A DNA stretch of 63,371 nucleotides, filler included, from Dugesia japonica (GCA_001938525.1; 5 parts of 5 records of this genome joined end to end with filler, not necessarily neighbours in it), one strand, 5' to 3'. Shown: positions 39,880 to 52,199, numbered from the whole stretch's first letter. Notes: generated from the sequence alone by a model not told the origin. Made by a program: numbers and translations.

Positions 39880-41950
39880 CATCTAATTATTGAATTTCCA
39901 TAACTTTTAAAGAATTGGTAACATAGATGCGATTTGTTTTACTCAACTGATTTGTATTAAAAAATATATCTTTTCTTTTCCAGCAACAAATTCAATTTGT
40001 TTAAATTAGTTTTGGATAAAAAATTATTAATTTATATTAACCAATCGATGTAGCAACTATGTTGGAAGTACACCCCAGCAGAATTGTTAGATTCTTAACC
40101 TCCAAAAGTAATAGCAATAGACGAAGATAAATCTTTAAAAACCTTTTGTTTTAANNNNNNNNNNNNNNNNNNNNNNNNNNNNNNNNNNNNNNNNNNNNNN
40201 NNNNNNNNNNNNNNNNNNNNNNNNNNNNNNNNNNNNNNNNNNNNNNNNNNNNNNNNNNNNNNTGAATAATTTAGTTTATTGAAACCTAGTTCATCAAAAA
40301 TCATTTAAAATTAAGAATTTCAGGTTGTAAATTTTTAACTTCATTAGAGAAATTCCACATTAACTTTCTTCGATTGACATGTGTTTAATATTGGATTTCA
40401 GTCCTTACTTATTGCACTTAAATTAAGAGGATTAAATGTTTTCTTTAAATAATTGTAATGGGTTGGGAATATTTTGTTTAAATTGTGAATTATAACTTAA
40501 TCAATAAAGGCTTAAAACCGCAGAATAACGTAACAGAAATTACTAATTCTTCTTTTACCAGAAGGAATAACTTCAAATAGTATAAAGCACTAAAACACTT
40601 CTTACCAACATTTGCGGACTTGATTGTTTTTGTTTTATATTTTATTTATATACAAGACAGATTAACAATCTGATCCGCTGGACCCAAACAAAACGGTGAA
40701 CTCATACACTTCTACTTAAACGGAGTCATCTGGGAAATCCCGAAGATGATCTTAGTATAATCATTTAAATGCTTGTGATTTTCATGAGCATACCCGTAAG
40801 TAATTATTTTGAACATCAAATTCATGAAAGCTCAACAGTCATAATGTATTGAAATTGGATTTTAACATTTTTGAATGCTTTGTTTTGCAATGTTGGGATT
40901 ATAAATTTACATTTATTTTCTGTTTTGCATTCGTCAGCAACTAAGTCATGCAGAGAAGCCAAATTGTTTTGATAGATCAGGAAGCATCCACTAGAATAAT
41001 GTGATAGCCCCTACAAAACCGTGTTAGTGCTTTAACTGAATTTGGTGTACTCATTTGAAGGGTCTGATCTGTTTTACGTTTAGATCTTTGGATACTAGCT
41101 TTGAAAATATTGTAACCTAGAATTTTGATATTATTTTAATGGTTCTGACATTTCTTTTCATTGATCATTAAGTTTACATTACATAATGTTTTAAGAATTA
41201 GTTAACTGTTGATTCTGTGTGTGATTTCTTTGATTGAGAAAAAAGTAATGTCATCAATATAGGTAAGTGCAAATGACTTTAAGGATTTGTTTCATATACC
41301 ATATAAACAGTCAATACAGTTTAAATGGCATGCCTGTATATTTGACTAAATTGCATGGTCTTGTGTCTATCATCGGAATGTATCGGTATTTTGTTATAAA
41401 TTCTCATAATATTCATCAACACGTTCAGTTAATACATCCAAATTAATCATTTTCGTTTTTCACTGGTCCTATCATTTTTAGAGCCCTTTGAGAAATTTGT
41501 ATACTCGTTATTTTAATCCTTAAATATGAGTGATTATCATATGTCACTTAATTGAAAGATTTTCATGATGTTGCAATTGACCATTAACTTGTAATTAGCT
41601 AAAAAGTTGGATATCAAGATTAAAGTATATGAAAAAGTGTCATGGAAATCCTCAATTTGAAACAGTAGAGTTCTTTTCCATATAACTTAAAAGCGGAGTT
41701 ACTGGCTGATTTCATTTGTAATGTGACTGTTATATCATCTACCTGAAAGATTGATTTTAGAAAAGCAATTATGTCGGCACCCAAATAGATTGGGGAATGT
41801 TATATTAAACTATTCAGAAATATCGGTAGCGCAAATATTATCGGTTATGAATTAGACGGGTTCTCAGACTCTAATGTCTATTCCCGGCAATTTTGAATCT
41901 TAAAAGCATAGTGGTTAACATTTTTGGTAAGTTTGCAAATTTTGAGTGAT
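39880..41950 (-). mobile_element. Highly decayed Gypsy pol (RT, RNase H, start of integrase)
   Basis: Minus strand MPF, ALTYIDDI (about 41250-41275) and DAS (about 40985). Confidence 0.65.
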
Positions 41951-42024
41951 AATTACATAGACGTAAGTAATTTTATTGAGTGCTTTGTTATTTACTTAAT
42001 TTCTTTCTTGAGTCAAGTAGAATT

Positions 42025-42546
42025 TCAGTATTGAATCAAGGTATAAGTTAATATTGAATCAATATATCGATCAATATTAAATCAATATAGTGTTTAATAT
42101 TAGATCAATTTATTTGTTAATATTGAATCAATATATCGATCAATATTGANNNNNNNNNNNNATCAATATTGAATAAATTTATTGGCTAATATTAAATCAA
42201 TATATTGATCAATACTGAATCAATATAGTGGTTAATATTGAATCAGTTTATTGGTTAATATTAAATCAATATATTGATCAATACTGAATCAATATGTCAA
42301 TTCATATTGAATCAATTTATTGATCAATACTGAATCAATATATCGATCAATATCAAATCAATATAGTGTTTAATATTGAATCAATTTATTGGTTAATATT
42401 GAATCAATATATCTATCAATATTGAATCAATTTATTGGTTAATATTTAATCAATATATTGATCAATAATAAATCAATATAGTGGTTAATATTGAATCAGT
42501 TTATTGGTTAATATTAAATCAATATATTGATCAATATTGAATCAGT
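42025..42546. repeat. 23-bp minisatellite
   Basis: Unit AATATTGAATCAAT(A/T)TAT(C/T)G(A/G)T(C/T), about 22 copies, running into the spacer. Confidence 0.9.
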
Positions 42547-42646
42547 NNNNNNNNNNNNNNNNNNNNNNNNNNNNNNNNNNNNNNNNNNNNTTAATTAATT
42601 AANNNNNNNNNNNNNNNNNNNNNNNNNNNNNNNNNNNNNNNNNNNN
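42547..42646. other. Synthetic scaffold spacer
   Basis: 44 N + TTAATTAATTAA + 44 N. Confidence 0.95.
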
Positions 42647-43170
42647 AACTATAGTTCATCACATTGAAAGTTTTAAGTTATTACCTTATACAGACACTAA
42701 AATTACTTTTTTCACATAGAATTTCTTAGTCAACACATAAAAGTTATGATCCATCACACTAAAATTACATTCCATCACATTAAAACTATAATCCAATACA
42801 TTAAAATTATATTTCATTACACAAAATTGAGGGTCAACACAAAAAAATTATAATCCATGCACTAAAATTACTTTAATCACACAAAAATCTTAAACATCTC
42901 ATAAAACTTCTAAGCCAACGCATAAAATGTCTAAGTCAGCACATAATTTATAGTTTGTTAAATATAATTTCTTAGTCAACACATAAAAATTGTAACCAAG
43001 AAGTTAAAATTATAATCTGTCATATTAAAAATATAGTTCATCAAATTGAAATTTCTAACACATTACTTCTAAAATTACATTCTATCAAACCAAATGTCAT
43101 TCAATCACAGTAAAATTCTACGTAGTCACACAAAATTACTAAACTAGTACAACAAAATTATAATTCATCG
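42647..43170. repeat. Degenerate minisatellite, about 21-bp unit
   Basis: Recurrent CACA(C/T)(T/A)AAAATTA..........AT. Confidence 0.75.
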
Positions 43171-44094
43171 TGCTACAGTTAAATAGAAGACGTTGAAATT
43201 ATTTAAAAATACATATAAGTCAATAAATCATTTCAAACATTGTATATTTCTATTAAAAAGTTTTATAAATTACACAGAAGTAAACAATTGATGAAATTAC
43301 AAGATAAGGTCAATGGATTATAAAGTGAGGCACAGTTTGCAGTCTGAAAAAAGAGCAAAGCAAATGCATGATAATAGAAGATATACTAGAATAAAGGAAA
43401 ATATTTAATATTACAAAATCTATTTTGGAATTCTTAAACATGCATGCAATAAGTTATCCTTACCAAGGACAATGTGATTACAATTGTAATTGATTCCTGA
43501 ATGCTTCGAGATTATTAACATTTCAAGATAAATTTCTTCTTAAAGCTGATTATTTATGCATTCCAAGTAAATTTTGTAACTATTATTATTGTTATTAATA
43601 CAGTTTAGAAACCAGATAAACTAAAATGATGTCCATTCAACATACAAATATTAAAAATCAGTTCAATGGACAAGAAAATAATCAACAATTTTCTATCAAG
43701 AATTGATAATATGTTGAAAATATATGATGCTACCTTTAGAAATGATAAGGAGCCCGATGAAAATTGCAATATGAGTGAGACAAATTAGTTAATAATATTA
43801 ATATTCAAAGGATTTAATAGATATTAACAATACACTTAGCAATATTTGGAAGATAAAAACTATGCAAGATTTTTATTAATAAATGTTTTTAACTCTATTT
43901 TGTTGATTTGTTCTTATTTAGTTATGCACAACTATGTTAATTTGTATTAATGGTTTAAATAAAAGGAAACAATTTCAATTAACAGAACTTATTAAATAAT
44001 ACATTGTTTATTGTTTTCATGCATTTGTTTTGCACTAGTTTTGTGTTTTCTCGATTAAACTGTTCAAATTTGACATTATATTATGAATTCTACT

Positions 44095-44454
44095 TGGATA
44101 ATACAAATTCTTTCCTAGTAAAAAATACATTAACACATATGATTGTATTTAGTACGTCTCATTGCTGGAAAAAATTCAGGTTAATACATACACTTGCTAA
44201 TGCATACAAATTAACTGATTGTTTCAAATTGACTACAATAGTTAACGATTGTAACTCAATGTTTTTAACGTCATATTGTAAATGTTTCATTTCTATTGGA
44301 TCCATGCATCCCATAATTCTACAATTCCCTGATTTAAAGAATATTCTCGTATAATCTCAACTTATATAAACAATTTGTGATGGTTTGTCGATAGAAATAT
44401 CATTTTACTGGTGATTTCTTGAGATACCAGTNCTTCATAATTAATANTAGTAAT
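44095..44454 (-). pseudogene. TATA-binding-protein-like gene, intronless and frameshifted
   Basis: Manual translation ITxINY...KPSQIV...RIFFKSGNCRIMG...IELQSLTIVVNLKQSVNLYALA / CMY*PEFFPAMR.TKYN-ICVNVFFTRK gives both TBP repeats (IF.SGK...G and YEPELFP....VF.SGK). Confidence 0.75.
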
Positions 44455-46029
44455 CGNTTTTATTATTAACTTTTAAATATGTGCTTGTTGTAAATATTTT
44501 TTTCCAACAATATAAACAAGTTACAAAATTATCATATAAATTTTAAAAATTTCTACAGTTTTCCTATTATTTAAACAAAAATGAGCTCTTCCACGAATTT
44601 TAAGCAATTACGATAAAAAATCCAAGAATAAGTTCAGTTTTTTCTAAAACACTTACAATAGTAACACTTACATTGGTAGTATGACGTATGTTATATAGAG
44701 ATATTTATAGTTGTAGAGATATTTATGCAGAAAGGATTAAAATATAAACTTAGATAATTCAAATATAAAGCAATAGAAGTTTGCAGTTCAATTATTTACA
44801 AAATTAAAAATTACCATTTGATTTATATCTTGCAAGAAATGTTAAAACTACAATTAAAATGACCCAAGTGATTATAACTATAAATATTATAAATGAAATA
44901 TTTTGAAATTTATTTTTTACTTACACAAGCCAATGAATACTTTTGCATAATCTGAAAAATTAAAAGCAAAATAATAATAAGAATAATTGTAAAAGAATCG
45001 TCCAAAAAACTTTATTTCCAATTAAAAAATATTACATTCGCACAACGTTTGTCAAAATTACGATTTTACAAGATTTTACAAGAAAAAAACATCTTAAAGG
45101 AATAATATTTCTGTTTGTTTTCGATGGTTTTACATCATATTTACCACTTTGAATTCGTTGAATGCCCCTTATTCGACCCTTCATTTTCTGCTACCAGGTC
45201 TATCCATAGTTACAAGAACTTGCAGCCGTTTGAATGATCTCCAGATGATTTTGATGTTGAAAAATACAATTGTTTTTATGTCGGCATACACCTTGATAAA
45301 TCCCAGCCTCGTAATGATTGATTTGAACCAGTGTTAGCTCAACTTTACATCTAACGTGGATTACTCTGCCAGCTTGTCGAGTAATTTATTCAATCTACTT
45401 ATTTTCTCTTTCCTCACTTATCTTCTTTGCTAGAAAACGGTTTATAACATTGTCTTAAAACTTAAAATTAACTCTTATTCATGTCTATAATTGAACATAG
45501 TTCTTTAAACCTTTCATTTATTCTATAAGTGGAACATAATGGTGATACAAATAAAAATATTTATTATACACCAATTAATCTAAAATCCTTATAATTTATA
45601 TTCATCAATAATATTGGGTGTTGCTTTCCTCTGTAACTCTGCTTCATTATAGTCATCTTCGTTTGTTGAACATCTACACTTCATGTAATAAGAACTACTA
45701 CTTTCCCTCACTTAGTTTTTACGGCGCCCATTCTTTATTAAGCAATCAATACCCATTTGCAAACATAACTGATCTTTATCATTAACCAATTTCAACTGAT
45801 TAAGTTTCCTATTCATTACCTTCCGTATTTTCATAGAGTTTATGCATTTATGTGGGTATATAAATAGACAAATCCTAAGGTTTTGAATACTTGCCAATTT
45901 GTTTGTAGTCTCATGAATTTAAATATAAATTATGGTAATTTTATTTCAACTATTTTTTTCAAACATCTCAATAATTAAAATGTGCTTATTTTAACAAAGA
46001 CTAACTTATATTTTAAACAAAAATCATAA

Positions 46030-46650
46030 AAATATATAAGTCGCAATTCTGAATGACAGTCTACTAAAACATTACTGTTCATGCATTGTTGAAAATTTAG
46101 TCGTTCCTTTTGATTCCTCGTCAAATTATATTTGATAATGAACATATCTCAAATCAATTGAACTGAAATAATTTGATCAATCCAATTTTTTCATCATTTT
46201 ATCTTTGATATGGTTTATCTGTTTGAGACTGCATGCATTTGTCTGAAATACAAGCATTTCCTTTTGGCTTTTTATTTCGTTTTTCAGAACAGTGGAGTAA
46301 CTTATGGAGAATTAGTTTTTAGAATAATATTATTTTCATAAATATTTTGAAAATTTTCTTCAATTTTAGCTTCTAAGTTCATTGGTTACATAATATGGTC
46401 ATACATTTATAACTATATTTCATTAGTAAATACTTATCTGATTGTTCTTATTCAAAAAGTTGTCTCTGCTTTTGCTAAATCACTTGACTTTTTAAATTTG
46501 TCTTCTAAATTTTGCTTCACAGTTTTAAGTGTAGTTTCCGACTTGTTTTATAGTTTCATTACCACCCATTAGTTCTGGTAAAATTTATTCCACTACTAAA
46601 AATAACCTCTTTCCAGAGTTTAATTCTAACTATTTTAATTTTCCTCCGAA
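46030..46650 (-). mobile_element. Gypsy RT N-terminal remnant
   Basis: YFSSIDLR..YQI.FDEESKGTTKFST....FSRLSF. Confidence 0.7.
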
Positions 46651-46789
46651 TAATATAAATGTGAGCTAATAATATAAAAATATAAATAAATAAAAATATA
46701 TTGTTTTGTAAAATAACTTTCCGTGATTTTTTTATTAATAATGTAAAATATTTATTTAAGCTAATTTTTTTAGTGAAAATGGCGACAGA

Positions 46790-47010
46790 TTGCTATTGAA
46801 CTACTGTCCTTCTTTTTGCAAATTCTCTGTATGTTTGATGTCCAGACTCATTCAACAAAACAATCGATATAGTCGACTGGAGTGGCCAGTATTTTGAAAG
46901 TTGAATGTGCCATATCAAAACTTGGTACTCTTGGCCATTACACTTTCAACGTACACAACACAAATATCTCGAGCCGTTTCTGCAATATTAAAGTCATCTA
47001 TTAAACGCAA
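46790..47010 (-). mobile_element. mariner HTH remnant
   Basis: NIAETARDICVVYVE..., QTYREFA. Confidence 0.7.
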
Positions 47011-47904
47011 ATAAATATAGCTATTTAAGATGTTGGTTTTTATCTATTTGGGAATGCTTTCTCAAATATAGTATATAAACAAAATATACTAACATAAAAT
47101 AACTCATGGAATTTGTAGAGCGCAAAAAGGAATTTCAAATAAATGTTAGTTTTCCAAATTAAAAGTAATAAAATATTTAAAATTAAAAAATTTATTCCAG
47201 GATATTTATGTTACAACCCAATATAAAAGTAAATTATTTATAGATTTAATAAAAAAAATAATTTACAAACCTGTCAATGTATTGATTTTCTTAATAATTT
47301 CTTCTATAAATGAATAAATGTTGAAAGTGTTAAATAAAATGAATTTAATAGAGTAAATAATAGAGTAAAAGAGACCAGTTGAGAATAAAATTTGATTTAT
47401 TGCATAATTAATGCACACATAACACGCGTGACTTTTCATGTATTGCGAAATTATTTTCACAGCATTTAGCATTAAATAAAACAATACACAATGGCTGTTA
47501 CATAACATATTATTATTATTATTGATTATTTATTATTTTTGTCATTATCAATGTTATTTTATTATTATTTATTTTTTTTTAAAAAAACTATCAAATGCAT
47601 ATTACCTGTTAAATATTATAACACAATGAAATACATATTTCTCATTATTACACTTATTATTTCATCATTAAGCATAATTCAAAAGAGTCATTATACTTTT
47701 TAATAAAATTAAAAACTAAATATTTATGTACATATTATTAGCATATACCTAATAAATAAATTTTAAAAGCGAAATTTCACAGATAGCATTTATTTAACCA
47801 TTTAAACTAAAATCGTCTTCTTGATTTTTTTATACTTTTTCAATCTGATGTCATTATATCATTAACATACAGCGTTATATGTGTTTATTTAATTATTCAT
47901 TTTA

Positions 47905-48300
47905 TAATGAGCAATATACCAAACTAGTTTCTCTTCCAGTCAAAAAGCGTTAATCATCCAGACAAGACAATTCGCGTTTCGTACTCTCTATTGTATAAAC
48001 CTTATGATTTATTGATTAGAACAAGTCTGTTAAACCTCATTTGGATCCTTTTCTTTTTTGTCTTCATCTTTATCGTATCAATTTAAATAGTTTTGAAGAT
48101 TGATATATGTTTGCTTTTAACTGATACATTTTACCTTCATTGTTATACTAGCATATGTTTACTGTAAACTATAAGATACACATTCAGTATAATCTTCACT
48201 TTCTCTTTCATCATTAAACAATCCAATTATATTAGCCAAATTGTTGAAATGGAGTAGATGAGCTTTTATGTATTGGTTTGTATTCAAGAGACCAAGTAGA
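47905..48300 (-). pseudogene. Polinton-type DNA polymerase B, extreme C-terminal fragment
   Basis: LNTNQY..H.LH..NLANIIGLFNDE; SINHKVYTIESTKRELSCLDD*RF..TSL.YCHYK corresponds to H.VYT....K.ALS..DDKR.....L..GHY. Confidence 0.8.
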
Positions 48301-48511
48301 AGGATAGTATTGATCTGGAACAGCACACAATCAGTAACCCCAAGATTAGTGATGTAACGAAACTTAATCCTTATGCATTTAGTTGAAAGTTTAACAATTG
48401 CATCATAGTAAGTAATATTACATTATTGTTTTTTTAAATTTTCACTGTGTAATTAGTTGTGAAATAATTTTTATTTTCTTAGTTTTTGTTGGAAATAATT
48501 TTTTAAAGTTT

Positions 48512-49000
48512 TCATTTTAATGATCCGATGAGTATTCCAAACTCATCTAACATGGTGGCTGTGGTAAAAACCGATGCAAACACAGAAAGATTGTTGCTTA
48601 AAATATTTTGCCGAGGCAATGATCTAGATAGGTCTATTGAATAGAATAAGAAATTAAATTTATAAAATTTGTGTAAAACCCTTTCACTCCCTTCGTATCC
48701 AATCGGATACACTTGAATTTCAGATAAACAGTAATGAGAAGGTTGTCATATTAAATATCATTTTAAAGGGTTTAACAAGGCCAATATAATGCATTTGTTG
48801 CTTTGATTTCAAATTGTTTCTATGAGTGCTTTACAATTTATCCTACAGTCGTAAAATATGAAAGAATGTAACAGCCAACCAGAACGAACAATTATATATC
48901 TAAATTGTGAAAAGTTGACATTTATACTTGATTTTCGAATGTTAATTTTACATTCAAAATTCTGTAAAATGGCCAATCTTTATGAAAATTGTTTTTTGTT
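48512..49000 (-). pseudogene. Probable Polinton major capsid protein, C-terminal fragment
   Basis: KCIILAL..., SHYCLSEIQV.YP and FLFYSIDLSR resemble the second jelly-roll motifs (P...I+G, F.H..L..I.+..YP, LF.FDL). Confidence 0.45.
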
Positions 49001-49249
49001 CAAAACTTTGTTAAGTAAAAATTAATTATTTAAATAAGGGTGTAAAATCTCAATAAATTACGCCATAAAAATTTGTAATTTAGGTAAGATATGAAATTAT
49101 AGAAGTGACCAAATAAAATTTGTAATTTAGAAAAAATTAAGAAATTTGGAAAAGATAAATTAAATTGGAATTAGAAAAAAAATCAAAAAACTTTTAGTTA
49201 ACAAAAATTCCAGATTCCAAAAAAATTGATTAAAATAATTTAAAATTTT

Positions 49250-49730
49250 CATATTATTTAAACAGCATGGACGTTTCTCCCGAATTTCCTTAAAAAATTC
49301 TATTAAATTTTTTGCCACCATAAGAAAACTTCTGTACTACTTCTGCTTAAAAAGTTTGAAAATATTTTTACAAACTTCAAGACTTTGAACAAGATCAGCC
49401 TAATTACATAAAAAAGTCGATACCACTTAATTCAATAACATAATTTTTGTGCAAAATATTTTTACCAATTAAATACCCCGGATAAAATAAGGCTATTTTA
49501 TATAGCTATGATGCAATTTTAAAATTCTCAACTACAGTTATTAAGTTTCATTACATCAGTAATCTTGGGGATGGATTTTGGGCTAATGCGCTACTATCCA
49601 TCTAATATTATTCTCCTGAATGTCTCCTTAATTAATCCTACTAAATATCTTTCCAATAATTCTTTTGTCAAACACAATTTCTTATGGTGGACACTGGTGT
49701 ATGCTTCATTCCAAGTCTTTCTTTCAACTT
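49250..49730 (-). pseudogene. Possible Polinton minor capsid (penton) remnant
   Basis: YLVGL (YEVGL-like) and LSGIDF...DLVQS.EV (LYVY.D+V-like); heavily decayed. Confidence 0.3.
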
Positions 49731-49989
49731 ACCAATATGTTTGATGATAACTGAGACTTAAAAATTTTATAAAATAATATTTAAATGACATAATTCTAAA
49801 GGAATCTTTATACAAATATTTATCATTGTGAGTGTGTTTTGAAAAGCGAGTTGAAATTTTCGTGTGATTGGTGGTCATTTTTTTAAATTCTATTTTTTTG
49901 AAAAAAATGTATAAATTATAGATGAAAAATTTAAATAACAAAAGTAATGGTAAAAAGACCTTTTTAGGCCACCACCCCTCATGGCTATT

Positions 49990-50760
49990 TTTTTGATATT
50001 TTAAAATTTCAAAAAAATGAAAATTTTAAAAAATTTCTTTTTAAAGAAAAAACTTTCTTTAAAAAGCGATTTTTAAATAAGATTTTCGCATTTTCGATTT
50101 TTAAAAACATTTTCAGAAAAGATTTTTGATTTTTTAAAAAGTGATTTTGTGATTTTGCATTTTCGATTTTCAGTTTTTAAAAAAGATTTTTAATTTCAAA
50201 AAAAAGATTTTACATTTTCAAAAAAGATTTTCGATTTTGCATTTTCAATTTTTTAAAAAGATTTTCAAAAAAGATTTTTTAAAAAAAGATTTTGCATTTT
50301 CGATTTTGAGATTTTGCATTTTACATTTTCAATTTTTAAAAAAGATTTTCCATTTTCGATTTTGAGATTTTGCATTTTACATTTTCAATTTTTAAAAAAG
50401 ATTTTTAATTTTAAAAAAAAGATTTTACATTTTCAAAAAAGATTTTCGATTTTTAAAAAAGATTTTCATATTAAAGATTTTGCATTTTGCATTTTCGATT
50501 TTCGATTTTCGATTTTCGATTTAAAAAGAGATTTTGAAAGTTTTCAATTTTTTAAAAATCATCAAAAAAATGAAATTTTTAAATTTTCTTGTTTAAGAAG
50601 AATCACCCAATGAAAAATTAGAGATTTTCAAAAAAGATTTTTAAAAAAGATTTTGAGATTTTAAATTTTGAAATAAAAAAAATTTGAAATTTGAAATTTT
50701 GCATTTCAAAAAGATTTTGAGATTTTCAAAAAAAGATTTTCCTTCTTAAAACAAAATTTT
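49990..50760. repeat. Low-complexity modular repeat (GATTTT/GCATTTT/AAAAAAGATTTT)
   Basis: Dozens of 6-12 bp modules with strong strand asymmetry. Confidence 0.9.
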
Positions 50761-50774
50761 TCCTTTAGAAATAT

Positions 50775-51110
50775 ATGGGAGGAGAGTTGGGATTAGAAGC
50801 GTTATTTAATACAATTCAAAAAAAATTAATATAGAAGATATAAATATTGAAGAAATTATAGTATATACAAAATGTGAATTAAGGAAGGAGCTTGCCAATG
50901 GAAATTTACAAGATCTTAAGGAAATATATAAACTAGTAGATAAAATGAAAATACCTGAAGAATATAAAAAAAACATTTAAAGGATTAATGACATTTGTTA
51001 TTTCTCTTCTAACAAATCGTGATTGTAGAGGTTTGGAGATTAATTATTATGATAAAAAAATTAAATGTCAAGATGAATAAATTAAAGAATTAAAAGAAAA
51101 TTTCAAATAG
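50775..51110 (+). pseudogene. Hypothetical protein, paralog 1 (frameshifted)
   Basis: MGGELGLEALFNT...NIEEII.YTKC; clearly homologous to 51293-51598. Confidence 0.7.
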
Positions 51111-51292
51111 AACGAGATCAAAATAATGAAGCATTAAAAAATTAAAAGAAAATTTCAAACCAGAAATAGTCACACATAAAGATATTGGTTTTAAAGGGAC
51201 AGCATGTGATAAAAGCATATACCTTTATCCAGACGGCGTTCTAGCAACATATAATAGGTATGATGGTAAATGAATTTTTACTTTAAAAAACA

Positions 51293-51598
51293 ATGGAAGG
51301 AGAGTTGGGATTAGAAGCTTTATTTAATACATTTGAAAACTATATAACTATAGAAAATAAAAATATTAATGAAATTATAGAATATACAAAATGTAAATTA
51401 ACACATGAGATCGTTAAAGAAAAATTAAAAGATTTTGAGGAAATATATAAAATAGTAGAAGAAATAAAAATACCTGAAAAAAATAAAAAACCTTTTAAAA
51501 AAATAACAACATTTATTATTTCTCTAATAACAAAAAAAAGTTGTAAAGATTTGATGATTAATTTTTATAATGAAAAAAATATTAATGTAAAAAAATAA
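51293..51598 (+). CDS. Hypothetical protein, paralog 2 (probably element-encoded)
   Basis: Open 101-aa ORF MEGELGLEALFNTFEN...; conserved at protein level with the upstream copy. Confidence 0.6.
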   Translation: MEGELGLEALFNTFENYITIENKNINEIIEYTKCKLTHEIVKEKLKDFEEIYKIVEEIKIPEKNKKPFKKITTFIISLITKKSCKDLMINFYNEKNINVKK

Positions 51599-51793
51599 AA
51601 CCAAAAACAATTATATATAAGGATGTTTGTTTTGTAAAAACACTAAAAGATAAAAATTCGCGTGTTTCACCAAAACAGCTTGCAGCATTATATGATAGTT
51701 TGGAGGGAATTACTGAGAAACCTAAACGCGCGCCTGTGCCATTAATATGTACAAGTATAAAGAGAGTAACAGTCAAAAAATTACCATTAAAAA

Positions 51794-52057
51794 ATGCCTG
51801 AAAAGGTTTTTCATGTATTATTAAAGAATTTTAATTTTAAAGATAATTCAGTAAAAGATTTTTGTAAACTTCATTCAACAAATGAAAAAACAATAAGAGT
51901 ATATTTAAATAAACTAAATATTGAATATAAAAAAAGAACACCAAAAACTTTAATAGAAAGAGATTCAAATGGAAGATTTATTTCCTTAGAAGATAGATTT
52001 GAAAAGAAAATAATGGTGTTTATTCATTTTTTGATGAAATTAAAACGCCAACAGTAG
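51794..52057 (+). CDS. Small putative HTH DNA-binding protein
   Basis: SVKDFCKLHSTNEKTIRVYLNKLNI is HTH-like and is followed by RDSNGRF. Confidence 0.45.
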   Translation: MPEKVFHVLLKNFNFKDNSVKDFCKLHSTNEKTIRVYLNKLNIEYKKRTPKTLIERDSNGRFISLEDRFEKKIMVFIHFLMKLKRQQ

Positions 52058-52199
52058 CGCTAAGGGTAACACCAAAGGCAATGGCCATTAGTAACAGTAA
52101 AACTAACGGTAAAGGGTTGGAGGCGATGGGTGTGGTAAACTTTTTAAATAATTTATAAAGAAAATGGATGGAAAAATAAATCTCAATAATAATATTTTA

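Noticed and set aside
42025-43170. CRISPR-like array
   Set aside because: Units are contiguous without unique spacers, there are no cas genes, and the context is eukaryotic
44004-44354. 116-aa plus-strand ORF
   Set aside because: Antisense shadow of the TBP-like relic; no recognisable motifs
50314-50613. Phe/Lys-rich 99-aa ORF
   Set aside because: Translation of the low-complexity repeat
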